Shown: positions 1 through 10,945 of the stretch, piece by piece
How positions within the stretch are numbered: the first letter of the stretch is position 1
Layout: each line of letters begins with the position of its first letter
Assembly (NCBI GenBank): GCA_028534125.1
Contig: CM052817.1
Coordinates: forward strand, 1,304,001 to 1,368,000
DNA: 64,000 nt
Origin: Lama glama
Taxonomy: Eukaryota
Direction of reading: 5' to 3'
Notes under the pieces: model-generated
The model's input: only the letters and a program-made list of their open reading frames with translations
Told to the model about the DNA's origin: nothing
Databases searched by the model: none
Translations under genes and position numbers: made by a program

Positions 1-780
1 GGGTCTGCAAGGATCCTGGGAGTATCTATCAGGGTATTAGTAGGCCTGCCATCCTCAGAAGACCCCACACAGCAAAGCCTGGCTCCTGGCCACCCCGTGA
101 GCACTGCGGCCAGGACTGGCCCTGTGTGGGTACTGCCCCAGGCCCTGGTAATGGTTTTCACACCTGCTGTTATGACAACAGATCTGTGGGTGTCCATTCC
201 TGAGTGCCTGTCATGTTGGGGTCACCTGGCTCCCCACTCACCTTGGACTCAGAACTGCCCAGAAACAGAATTGGGTGTTTTGGCTTCTGCAGAACCAATG
301 TCCCCACAGGAAGGAGGCCCCGCAGACGCCTGGACACAGCTCTGCTGCTGGTGTGAGCTGACCAGGCCTGGCCATGACAGGACCATGAAGGACACGGTGC
401 CCACCCGCTCCCCCGGGCTCCTACTGACTGCTGTGGGCTCCTGGCAGCGATTGGCCTCAGTGCAAGCCTGACTTGATTTATCTGACAGCACCATTCCCTG
501 TAAGTTCTCTTCAAAGCCTGAGCGTAAATTTAAGACATCGGGACACATAAAAACACGTATTAAACATGGATCCCATTGGGAGAGGCAAATTAAAAGCTTT
601 CAAAACATCAATTTCCCAATTAGCTTCTCAAGGTCATTCCTAATAATGTTGACCCCAAGCACAATCGCCCTACGGGAATAAATCCTAGAGGCAAAGAGCT
701 GGACTGCCAGCAGGAAGCTCCCAGGTCTGCTTGGAGATCGCCTTCCCAAATCTCAGTCAAGTTCCCGCACACCACAGAGG

Positions 781-859
781 AGGGAGGGGAGGCGGGTAGA
801 GCTCATGCTGAAGGTGCGCGAGGTCCAGCATTCAATCCCTGGTCCCGCCATTAAAAAAA
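781..859 (+). mobile_element. Degenerate tRNA-derived SINE (Vic-1-like)
   Basis: GGTAGAGCTCATGCTGAAGGTGCGCGAGGTCCAGCATTCAATCCCTGGT...ATTAAAAAAA aligns by eye with the better-preserved SINE at 56013-56135. It has a B-box-like TTCAATCC and an A tail. Confidence 0.55.
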
Positions 860-869
860 GGAAGAGACA

Positions 870-1074
870 AAAAATGTGACGATGAATATATGAGTGTTCA
901 TGCGTAACTGAAAAATTGTGCTCTATACTGGAGTTTGACACAACACTGTAAAATGATTATAAATCTATTAAAAATGTTTAAAAAATAGTAATTATTTTAT
1001 CAATTACATATGGAAACAACAATTTGTATCTATTGAGTTAAATAAGATATATTACTGAAATTAAAAAAAAAAAA
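870..1074 (+). mobile_element. 5'-truncated L1 3' end with extra AT-rich tail, flanked by a target-site duplication
   Basis: L1 3'UTR-like TAACTGAAAAATTGTGCTCTATACTGGAGTTTGACACAACACTGTAAAATGATTATAA, followed later by poly(A) at 1063-1074. AAAAAAAGGAAGAGACA is duplicated at 853-869 and 1068-1084. Confidence 0.7.
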
Positions 1075-1649
1075 GGAAGAGACAGGAGTGACTCCCCTAA
1101 GCGTCCCAGGAAGCCACCACTGAGAGCCCTAAGACCTGCCCGGCTGGCCTTCCTGTTCCCTGGGGTTTCTTGGGAGAAGGGCTCTGAAGAAAACACACTT
1201 AGGAAACTGAACGCCACTGCTGCTGCTGAGATGTCCTCTGGACACTGATGGCATTTAGGTGAAGGGCTCAGGGCTCCACTTCCTGGGGTCCAACCCAGAG
1301 GAGCCCTCGGGCATGTGCCGAGGCCGGCCAGACACCCTCTTGTCTTGAGGTCTGTGTGCCACACACCCTGCTATACCATCTCCTCTCCCCTCTCCACAGC
1401 CCTGGGCGTGATGCCATACCAGCCTCATCCAGGGCACAGGAAGCTGGGGCCCAGAGAGGCCAAGCCCCTGGTCAAGGTCACACAGAAGCACGTGGTGCAG
1501 CCCCGGCCACGCCGTTCACCTTCATCCTTCTTAAATAAGCTGACAGTGATGAGTCACCATAAAACTCAACTTGGTCCTTTACAGCTGCTCCCAGTGCACT
1601 TCCAACAGCAGCTCCTCAGCAGGTGGGTGCGGGGGGTGCCAAGCAGAGA

Positions 1650-1805
1650 GAAGCGGGGGTGGCTGCTTAATGGGTGCAGGGTCTCCCTGGGGTGGTCCCG
1701 GAGCAAGACGGAGGTGGAGGCTGCACCGCACTGTGAAGAACTAAACGCCACTGGGTTGTTCAGTTGATTTTATGTTACCTGTATTTTACCTTAATTTATT
1801 ATTAT
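1650..1805 (+). mobile_element. Old L1 (L1M-type) 3' UTR fragment
   Basis: GCTTAATGGGTGCAGGGTCTCC...GGCTGCACCGCACTGTGAAGAACTAAACGCCACTG...TTTTATGTTACCTGTATTTTACC resembles L1MB 3' ends. Confidence 0.6.
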
Positions 1806-3324
1806 TTTTAAAAGGAGCACCATGAGAGGTGAACGCAGCCCCTTGGCATCACACGCCCGGGGGGGACGCCCCCCCACAGCCAGCAGCCCTCACTCGGCGC
1901 ACCCACCGAATTCTGCAGACCTCTGCCTTCTCCCCTAAACGAGGGGCTCCGGGGAGCGCCAGACCATGGCCAGACTACGAATCGAATGCTTAAGGACATC
2001 CTACACTGGGAACAAACGACCATTAAAAATGGGCTGAAAAGTGTAAAACAGGACTCTCAAAAACCTCCATGAAGTTCACATTATTATTAATTTTTTAATC
2101 AGAGTTACCATGTGTGTAATTTGGGAGTGTGGCTGTTCAAAGCCAGCGTTCCTAAGCAAGTCGGGATAGGTCTGTCCTTTCAGGGGACGAGAGCGCAGTG
2201 TGGCCAAGGACCACACCGCTGCCTCTCACTGACCCTCCCTCTCACAAAGTCATTCAGACGCAACAAAATCTCACTGTGCACAAGGCATCATTTACACCCT
2301 TCCTCCCCTTCCCTTAATTCATGTGACTCAAAGCAAACACTATCAAAGGAAGCCTCATCCATCTCATGTCGACCCCACCCCCTTGCCCCCACCCAACACT
2401 GCGCTGACGCCGTGGAGAAGCCAACTTCAGCCGTGAGTTTAGGGGGAACCGCCCAGAACACCCCGCAGCCAGGAGGCACTTGCAGAGATGAGGCGACCAG
2501 TCGCCCCTGGAGTTCCCGGGAAAGAAAAGGCTTTATCCCTTTCCGGATCCAGACAAAACAAACGGGGTCTTTTGCTCCTGCCTTGGAAGGAAGCAAGATT
2601 GTAACGCTCTCCCTAAAAAGGCCAAAGCCTGTGTCCTTCTTGACCAAAGTTGTCCTCCCGACCATGTGGGTTGATGGGGTCTCGCCTGCAGAGCCCGAGG
2701 AGACGGGGCAGCTCCGCAGGCACCCCGATCTGCACAGCCCCGCTGCAGAGAAGGTCCCCCTTTCACCATGTCCTCTGCACACAGAACACTGCCTTCCCCT
2801 CGCTAACCACAGGGCCACCCGACCAAGCTCGCGCTGTTTCACACATGACGCTACTGGCAGCACTAATGTAAAACTCCTGGGCTGGGACCCCGGGGGACAC
2901 AGCGGCTTCTCAACTACGCGCAGGAGTTCCGCACCATGCAGTAAGCACCCAGGAGCCCCCCCAGCACGCAGGTAGAAGCCGGGGGTCCACGCCCCGTCGC
3001 CCGCCTCCGCACGCAGCTGCCTGCACCCCGGACGCTGGCTCACGTGCCCCTTTAACACAGCGTGGCTGCTGCCATATGGACTCCTAAAATGTATTTCTGG
3101 TTGTTTTTAACACTATAAAAAGGACATCACGCATATGTGATATTTTGAGACTGGTTTTGATTTGTCACATCCTGCGCGCTCCGTGGACAATGCCAAGGTG
3201 GCCCTGCGTGCGGAGCCAGCCCCGCAGGGTGCTCAGCGTGCCCCTCAGAGGCACCGCATTCTTTCAGGTTTTGCTGTGCAAGCAGAGCTTCCAGTCGGCT
3301 CCCCCGCGTCCCCGCTGTGTGTGC

Positions 3325-3750
3325 ACTAGGCCTGGGAGCCATGCTGCTCTCACCAAGCGCCACAAACCTCGTGGCTTAAAACAACAGACGCATCTTAAAG
3401 TTACAGCACAGGCCTCACGGGCTGAGGTCAGGCGTCCGGGGGCTGATCCTTCCTTGCCTTTTCCAGCATCGGGAGACTCCGCTCCTCCCGCCCCGAGGCC
3501 CTCTCCTTCATCTCCGAGGCGGGCGACGCACGCCTCCCAGACCTTCTTCCGCGGTCACAGCTCCCTCTGCCTTCGGCCCCATTCCGCTGTCGAGGATCCT
3601 GTGGTGACACTGGGCCCACGGATAATCAGGGATCTACTCACTGTCTTCAGGTCAGCTGATTAGCTGCCTGGCTCCACCTGCAACCTGGGTGCCACCTGGG
3701 CCCGGAACCTCAGATTCTCACCGGCTCCGGGACCAGGATGTGGACATCTA
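3325..3750 (-). mobile_element. MaLR (MLT1-type) solo LTR
   Basis: CCACAAACCTCGTGGCTTAAAACAACAGA...GTGACACTGGGCCCACGGATAATCAGGGAT...CAGGATGTGGACATCT are typical MLT1 blocks in reverse orientation. Confidence 0.7.
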
Positions 3751-5109
3751 GCGGGTCGCAGATCCCAGGGCTGGAGGATGTCTTTGCATGGCCAGCAGGA
3801 TGGGGTGAGGTGGCATCTCGCTGTGGACATAAATTGCAGCCCCAGGACCCTTGGCACGGAGTTTCCCTTCACCTGATGGCTGACCGCATGAGCAGGGTCA
3901 CGACCTGGGCGCGGGTCCCACCGGCTCCGGCTGTGCACAGGGGCCCTGAACACATCGACACCGTCTTTCTAACAAAGGCGACCTTTTCCAGCTCAAGGTC
4001 CCCAGCCGGCTTCTGGGCGGTGGCACATGGGGTCTGCAGTCGGGGACAGTCACACGCTGGGTGCATGTACTTCAGTCAGTGTTTTAGTCCAAAGTGTCCT
4101 GGCTCCACCATCAGCTGTGGTGCCAGCAGGTGGGCACTGTCCCCCATCTCCCGCTGGCCCAGCACCCACCGTGGTGGGTGACACAGAGTGAGTGCTCTGC
4201 AGGAAACTGGTCAGCAGAAGATGAGGAAGTCTCTTCTACACCAAGGGCAAGGCCAGACATCACGACCCCTCTGATCTTCCCATGAAAAACCCCACGTCCC
4301 CCAGCGGGAGAAGGGCCCATCTTCTCCCCTAGAAATGGGACGAACCGATGCGGGTGCAGCCCAGACTCCCGGTGTGAAGCCCTGTGCTCAAGGGCTGAAA
4401 AGACCCTAGTCGAGGGGCTCAGTCATCCTCCTCCCATCAGCCTGAGACCCGAGTTCCTGCCTGCCCGATCCCGCCAGAGTCACGCCAGCACTGGCCCTCA
4501 GGGACGGCCACAGCGCCTTCACAGGCGCAGGCCCTCTCCAGAAAGAGCGGCAGCTCCTGGTCGCTGCCTTCTTTGGTCTAGATTCCCAAAGACTAGCAGG
4601 AGAGGGATGCGGACACGACGCACCTGGAGCGGCATGACAGCTGCTGTCCTTGCTGCTTGTTTTCCAAGACCAGACGACAGGGCAAAAACGCAAAAGGAAG
4701 CCTTTTTTAACCCCTTGATCCGTGGCTCCCGGCGAAGAAATCTCCCCCCGGGCCCCTGCAGGCTCCGCTGGGCGGAGGGGCAGCGCGGGCCCTCGCTGGG
4801 CCTCCGCGGGCCCGGCAACCGCACCCAGACCCAGGGCTCCCACGGATGGCGGCCACTCACATGGGGCTGGATCCTCGTCTTCGACTCGGGGGCAGGAAAC
4901 AGGGCGTTCAGGCTCATCCCCAGCCCGCTCTTCCACAGCCAAGGCCACCAAGAGCACTAGGCCAGAGGAGCCAGCCAGACCCCACTCCGCAGTGCGGCCC
5001 CCGCAAGGGAACGTACATCACAGAAGGATCAGTGGCCCAGAACAGGGAGCAGGACCCGGAGGGCACCGCAGGGAGGGCGAAGGGCAGCGGGCAGAGCAGA
5101 GCTGGCTCT

Positions 5110-5278
5110 CGGGCTGCACTGCTCGTGGGGGGCAGCGACCCCCTGCGCTGTGGGCTGGGAGTTGCACCTCTGGAGGCCAGTAGAACACCCCCCTCCAAGC
5201 TGTGACAACCGAAAATGTCTCCAGACATCACCAAACGTCCCTAAGGGTCAAAGTCGCCCCCGGATTAGAGAGAGCCAC
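5110..5278 (-). mobile_element. MER20-like hAT DNA transposon (MITE)
   Basis: TGTGACAACCGAAAATGTCTCCAGACATCACCAAACGTCCCTAAGGGTCAAAGTCGCCCC matches the reverse complement of the recalled MER20 5' half. Confidence 0.75.
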
Positions 5279-5704
5279 GGATTAGAGGGAAAACAGGCGT
5301 CTCCAAAGAGGCGGGGTTACCTGGGGGGCCTGACCAGGGAGGAGCTGCCAGCAGAGGGCACCCAGGGTGGCGGATGTCTGAGGAACGGCTGGGAGCCCCG
5401 GGGGGGGGGGGGCTGCAGCGGGAAGTGGGGGAGGGGACAGAGGTCAAAGGAGGTACGTGACCTTGGAGTGCCTCGGGTTTTACTCTGGCTTAGATGGGGG
5501 TCCCAGGGTTCTGAGCAGAGTCATGAGATCAGAACTGTGTGTTTAGAGGATTCCGGTTGCTGTGTTGAGAACAGCACGGGGTGGGTGGGGGCAAGGCGGA
5601 AGGAGGGAAACCAATCAGGGGCTCCTGAGATGACCCAGAGCGAGAAGGTGGCTTGGGAAGAAGGGAAGCGTCAGAGGGGGTCATCTCCCAGAAACATTCT
5701 TTAT

Positions 5705-6170
5705 TACTTATTATTTTAAATTGCAGTAACATACACATAACAGAAAACCCATGTTTTCACCACTTTAAAGTATGTAGTTCAGTGGCGTTAAGTACATCCA
5801 TGTTGTGCAGCCATCACCACCACCCGTGCGCAGGGCTCTTTTCATCTTGCAAAACTGAAACCCTGTCCCCACTAAGCAGTAACTCCCTGCCCGCCTCCAC
5901 CGCACCCCAGCACCCACCATGCTGTTGTCTGCCTCAAGGACTTCGGCTGCTCTGAGCACCTCGTGTCAGTGGGGTCCTGCAGGATCCATTCTCCTGTGAC
6001 TGGTCCCCTTCCCTCAGCAGAATGGCCTCAAGGTTCATCCACGTTGCAGCAGGCATCAGAATGTCCCTTTTTTAAGGCTGAATGATGTGTGTACATACCT
6101 CATTTTGCCACCCATCTGACCACCAGTGGACACTTGGAATAAGGCTGTTGTGAAACGCAGCAGGACATGC
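5705..6170 (-). mobile_element. L1 (L1M-type) 3' UTR fragment
   Basis: TTTAAAGTATGTAGTTCAGTGGCGTTAAGTACATCCATGTTGTGCAGCCATCACC...AGGTTCATCCACGTTGCAGCA is a hallmark antisense L1 3' end. Confidence 0.8.
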
Positions 6171-6743
6171 CTCTGGGGTTTGCTGCTGGCGGGGACAGAC
6201 AGCAAGAAACAGGAGTCAGGCTGATGGTCAGGTGTGGCCTGAGCCCCTGAGGGAACCAAGGCGGGAAGTATGGAGGGGGGCAGACTCACTTCCAGGAGGT
6301 GACATGGAGGTGCGGAGCAAGCAGCGCTGTCAGGGAGGCCAGCACCCCAGGCAGAGGTCAGGGCTGGAGAGACACATGTGAGCGAGGTCAGGGCACTGAG
6401 GGCTCAGAGCCGGACGCCTGTGGGATGGCCTGATATGTAAGGGAAGGAGCAGCCAGTGAGACAGGATGCCAACCCAGAGAGTGGCGTCCCAACTCCAGGG
6501 AAGACGTGCCGAGGAGGAGAGGACAGCGGTGGTCCACAGGCGGGACCGACAGCGCCGTCTCAGTGCGCTGTCAAGAGAGCTGCCTGTCAGCTCCTTTCAG
6601 GACTCTCAGACCTCACACAGGAGGCCGGTGGCCTCACCGCTGTTTAGACACAGGAGAGGTCACAGCAGGACTCAACTCTAGGGGAAAGATCCAGGACTCT
6701 GGGAGAGCCCAGGACAGGATGGGGACAACCCTGAGCAGGCAAA

Positions 6744-6832
6744 GGGGTGAGCTCCACGAGGAGGGGTGGGGTCCAGTGTACAAGGGGGTGATTTCCAGTG
6801 TACACGGGGGGTGAGGTCCAGTGCGCGTGGGA
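6744..6832. repeat. Degenerate ~22-bp G-rich minisatellite (~4 units)
   Basis: GGGGTGAGCTCCA.., GGGGTGGGGTCCAGTGTACAA, GGGGTGATTTCCAGTGTACAC and GGGGTGAGGTCCAGTGCGCG occur in tandem. Confidence 0.7.
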
Positions 6833-6967
6833 GACAGACCGCCTACAATGATGCACCAAGACCCCCACCCCTCTGCAGTCAGGCCTCTCCTCCATCTGCA
6901 GGTGGTTCCCTCTCCCGGCCCGGGCTGCCCACTACCTGTAGCCCACACGACTGTGTGAGTCTGGCGG

Positions 6968-6991
6968 GGCGCTGGCGCTGGCGCTGGCGCT
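6968..6991. repeat. (GGCGCT)4 hexamer repeat
   Basis: Directly visible tandem repeat. Confidence 0.85.
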
Positions 6992-7194
6992 TCTGCACCA
7001 CGTCCCTCTCTTGGACCTCCAGCCCCACCCCAGAATGAAGCCCAGCACAGACTGCCGAAAGGTGGGAGGCCCCGTCGAGACAGAGGCCCAGCGGTCGCAG
7101 CACAGGGGACTCGGAGAGCCTCCCCAAACGAGCCGACGCCCCGCACTTGCGGTGGGAGCGGACTTACTCGGCGACTGCAGCCGGCTGGCCCACC

Positions 7195-7480
7195 GGGCCT
7201 TAGTTGGCTGGGGCGGCCGGAACAGAAGACCTCAGACCTGGGAGTTTAAACAGCAAACATTCACTTGCCACGGTCCTGGAAGCAGGAGTCCAGGGTCAAG
7301 GTGCCAGGGTAGGCGGCTCCCAGCGAGGGCCTCCCCGATCCCGTGCGCCTGGCGGGGGCAGCGCTGTCCGCTGGCTCTCCTAAGGTGGCCACCAGCCCGG
7401 GCCAGGGCCCTCCCTCACCACCTCGCCCTAAGTCCCTCCTAGAGGCTGTGCCCCCCAACCGCGCCACCGTGGGGGTCTGG
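7195..7480 (-). mobile_element. MaLR (MLT1A/B-like) LTR fragment, GC-shifted
   Basis: AGACCTGGGAGTTTAAACAGCAAACATTCACTTGCCACGGTCCTGGAAGCAGGAGTCCAGGGTCAAGGTGCCAG. Confidence 0.65.
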
Positions 7481-7649
7481 GGCGCGGCGCCCTCCTAGCC
7501 GTCATGTCGTCCTGCCGCTGTAAGGGCCTCCGAGAAGCTCCTTTTGCTGCACTTTGTGTGTCGCCACAAACCGGGGCGTCTGGCCTCCCCATGGCTGGGG
7601 AGGGGCCCTCGGAGTTGTCCCTAGTTACACACCCTTTTTTCTTTTTACG

Positions 7650-7885
7650 GAAAGTTTAAGCTGATCTGTAATGACAGAAAGCAGAGCAGCGCTGGCCTGG
7701 CAAGGGGAGGCTGGGGGAAGGGGAGCGGGGCGTGGCACCAGGGGGGCCGGGGGACTTCTGGGGCCACAGTGTCCTCACTGCGGGGACGGTTTCACAGGTG
7801 CGTTCAAAGGTCAAAACTAAAACTGTCCGCTTTAAATACGTGCTGCTTACGGCACATCGATGCCTGTCAATGGGGTTGTTTGAAA
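7650..7885 (+). mobile_element. Old L1 (L1ME-like) 3' end
   Basis: GCTGATCTGTAATGACAGAAAGCAGAGCAG...GGTTTCACAGGTGCGTTCAAAGGTCAAAACT...TTTAAATACGTGC. Confidence 0.6.
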
Positions 7886-10649
7886 GGTTATTTTTATTGA
7901 ACGTCTTACTTTCCGTTATTATTGTAGATTCATAAGAAACAGGTCAGAGGGGCCCCGTGCACCCTCACCTGCCCCTCAGCGGGGACATCCAGCAAAGCTG
8001 CAGACAAGGCGGTAACCAGGACGCTGACGGCGACGCAACCTGCCCGGCGCGGCCGTTCCCCGCTTCCGGCACCCACTGGGTGAGCGGTGCTGAGGCTCGT
8101 GTACCCCACCACGATCAAACCCAAGCACCCTCGTGTTGGGTCTTTTTTTAAAAAGAATTCTAATTGTGGTAAAATGCACACAACATAAATTTTACCATCC
8201 TAACCCTTTTAGGGGTACAGTTTATTGGCATTAAATACCTTATGCCTCAATAAAGCCTTTTAAAAGGTTTTTTTTAAAAAAATGCAGGCTGAGTGAGCAG
8301 GTGCTGGCTCTGTTCACAGGGCGCTCAGCCACAGTCCCTCTTCTAGGCCTCGCGGGATGGAGAAGACCCCTGCCGGCTTGCATCTGCTGTTCCCAGACCT
8401 CAGTCCCTCTTGGTCAGTGTCCCCCCCCAAGACACATGTTGGTCAGCACGTGGTCCAGAGAGGCAGCCCCCCAGGGTCAGCGTCCCCTTTAGAAGGACCT
8501 TGGAATGTCACACCGGCAGGGTGTCTGCACAGGGGGTGGGAGGTCACAGTGTCTCAGACACGCCTGCCCCTTTCTTCCACACAGGCCCTCAGCCCTGGGC
8601 CTCGGCGGGGCGGCCTCAGGGAGCGGCTCTCTAGGCAGATGGCCTTGTTCTGCGCATCCTGCAGGCCTGGGAGCCGGAAAACATGCCTGGGGACGCTCTT
8701 GGCGAAGGGCAAGTTAGGATCCCGCAGGGTCACAGGGCGGGGTCCGTGCAGCTTTCAGGTCACTCAGCTCTCCCCACACCCTGCCCCCAACCTTTGCCCT
8801 CTGAAACCAGTACTTTGGAGAGGAGCTCCGGCACCCAGATTTATCCCCCATGAGACAGTCCCCTGTGAGGCTGGGTCTCTGCCAAGGCCCCAGCCCAGCA
8901 CCTGGAGCACGGTACCTACCCAGCTAATGTTTGTTGAATGAATAAATGATTACTTTAACTCTGCTGTTCTGAGATGGTTGAGAGCCTCACGGCTTTATTT
9001 CATCACACCAGACGGCTTACAGGGACACCCACAAGGAAGCCACCTCCCTCCCTCCATCTCTCTCCACAGTGAGACTCCATCCCGTGTGAACGTCTGTGTA
9101 GGGTCCCGACACGAGCTGTACCACTGCAGCTTCTCCTGCTGGCCCCTCATGAGGACAAGAGCTCACAGCAGGACTGGGCCATTGTCTGGACCCCAGCCCA
9201 GCTGAACATGAGCCATGCTGGCTCGTGCCCACGGTCACCAGGCCACGCAGAGCTGGGTTCTCCATCACTAAGACTGAAGTCTCCTCAGCGCAAGTGGAAG
9301 GAAGCGGGCCAGGCTGGAGCCACTGAGACGCACCATCAGCCACGTCCTCCCCAGAAAAGAGCCCCAGGAAGGTGCCTACAAGCCGCAGTCAGGCACAGTC
9401 AGTCTACATGGGGCCCTTCCCCACGGAGGCTGAGGGGGCCTGTGGGTGCTTTCTGGCCCCTCCACGCAAGTCTGTTGGCTCCTCCGGTGGGCACACAGCC
9501 CTGAGCCCCAAGGCTCCAGAGTTTCAGTCGTGCCAAGAACTTTCCAGAGGCCCGGGGAACGACAGCTGCGGTGAGCACATCCTTTTTTTTTAATTTGAAT
9601 GCACTGAGTTCATCTACACGAAGGGCCTGGCCTGTGGGTAAGTACTGTTGTGTGTTGTTGGTCCACTGAAGAACATTTGGAAGCATCAGGTGACATGAAA
9701 TGGCCTCAGAAGTCTGAAATGAGTCCCCCCGCCAAAGAAACATTTCTGTGAACTACGTGATGCATGCACACACACCCCTAGTCTCATCAGTTCGGCTATT
9801 AAAGCACAGGTGTCCGGGGAGCAGTGATTCTTCAGCAAGCAGGTGTCCCATGCGGCCGGGGAGGAGGGCCCGGGGGGCCGGCAGCCACCCCAGCCTTTGC
9901 TGGGGGAGCAGGTTCAAAGCAGTGCGTCCAAGCTGTTTATTTTGATCAACTGATGCCCTGCTTTGTCCACAAGGACCGGAGGTGGCTGCCGTCACATGTG
10001 CCCCGAGAATGGGCCAAAGGCACCACAGCAGAGCACACACAGAAATGGAAGTGTCACCTGGGGGAAGCAGGCCAGGTGCAGCCCAGGGATGACCTGCCCG
10101 GGGAGGCAGGTGTGCCGTCACGGCCCCTCCCGGCCCCCAGAATCCTGAGCTCCAAATATGAGGAGGGACTTTCCGTGTGAGGCTTAGTGGGGAGTCCTGT
10201 GGGGAGACAGCCAGTGGGAGGTGAAGGCATGAACCACTCCCTGGGATGCCACCTCCATAGGCCTGGGCTGCAGGGCCCACGAAGGCCCTCATGGGCACAG
10301 ACTGGGTGGCTGGCCGAGGGCTCCGCAAGTGGCCACTGAAGATGACAATGCAGCCCTTTAGCCCCACCAGGACCCCCACCCTCAGGGCCTCCCAGAAGCT
10401 CCTTTACCGGTGCCAGCAGGGCCGGGGATAGGCTGGGGACCCCTGGGAAAATGGGGAGTGCTGAGGCCAGAAGACAAGGCCAACCCCGGGGCCGTGGAAG
10501 CAGATGGAATGTGCCGGAATTCCTGGCAGACATTCCTGACCCAGACCCGGCCACCTCTCTGGTCCGTCCTGCACAGTCTCGCCATCGGGCTCCATTCCCT
10601 GTTCAGCTGCCAGAAGCAGGGACATAACGCTGCTTCTGTCACCTCTGAG

Positions 10650-10945
10650 GAGCCTCTGTCCAGGCCTCTCTGACCCGCTTTGGGGGTTGCTGGCAACCTT
10701 GGTATTCTTTGGCTGTGGAAGCATCACCTCGTCTCTGCCTCTACCTTCACACAGTCTCCTCCCTGCGTGTGTCTGTGCTCATGTCCCCTTTCCAGAAGGA
10801 CCCCTGTCCTGTGGGCTCAGGGCCCACCCTGATGACAGCATTTTAAGTAGAACTCTGCAAAGATCTATCTCCAAATAAGGTCATGCACAAGGGTACAGGG
10901 GTTTGGGCTTGAAGTGTCTTTTAGGGAACAAAATCAAACCTACAA
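10650..10945 (-). mobile_element. MaLR (MLT1C-like) LTR fragment
   Basis: GTTGCTGGCAACCTTGGTATTCTTTGGCTGTGGAAGCATCAC...CTGCAAAGATCTATCTCCAAATAAGGTCA. Confidence 0.75.

Noticed and set aside
2112..3058. 287-aa (+) and 256-aa (-) overlapping ORFs in ZFYVE28 intron 1
   Set aside because: They show no recognisable homology or coding-like composition, and neither matches the expected ZFYVE28 exon 2 peptide (RSDPQLLA...).
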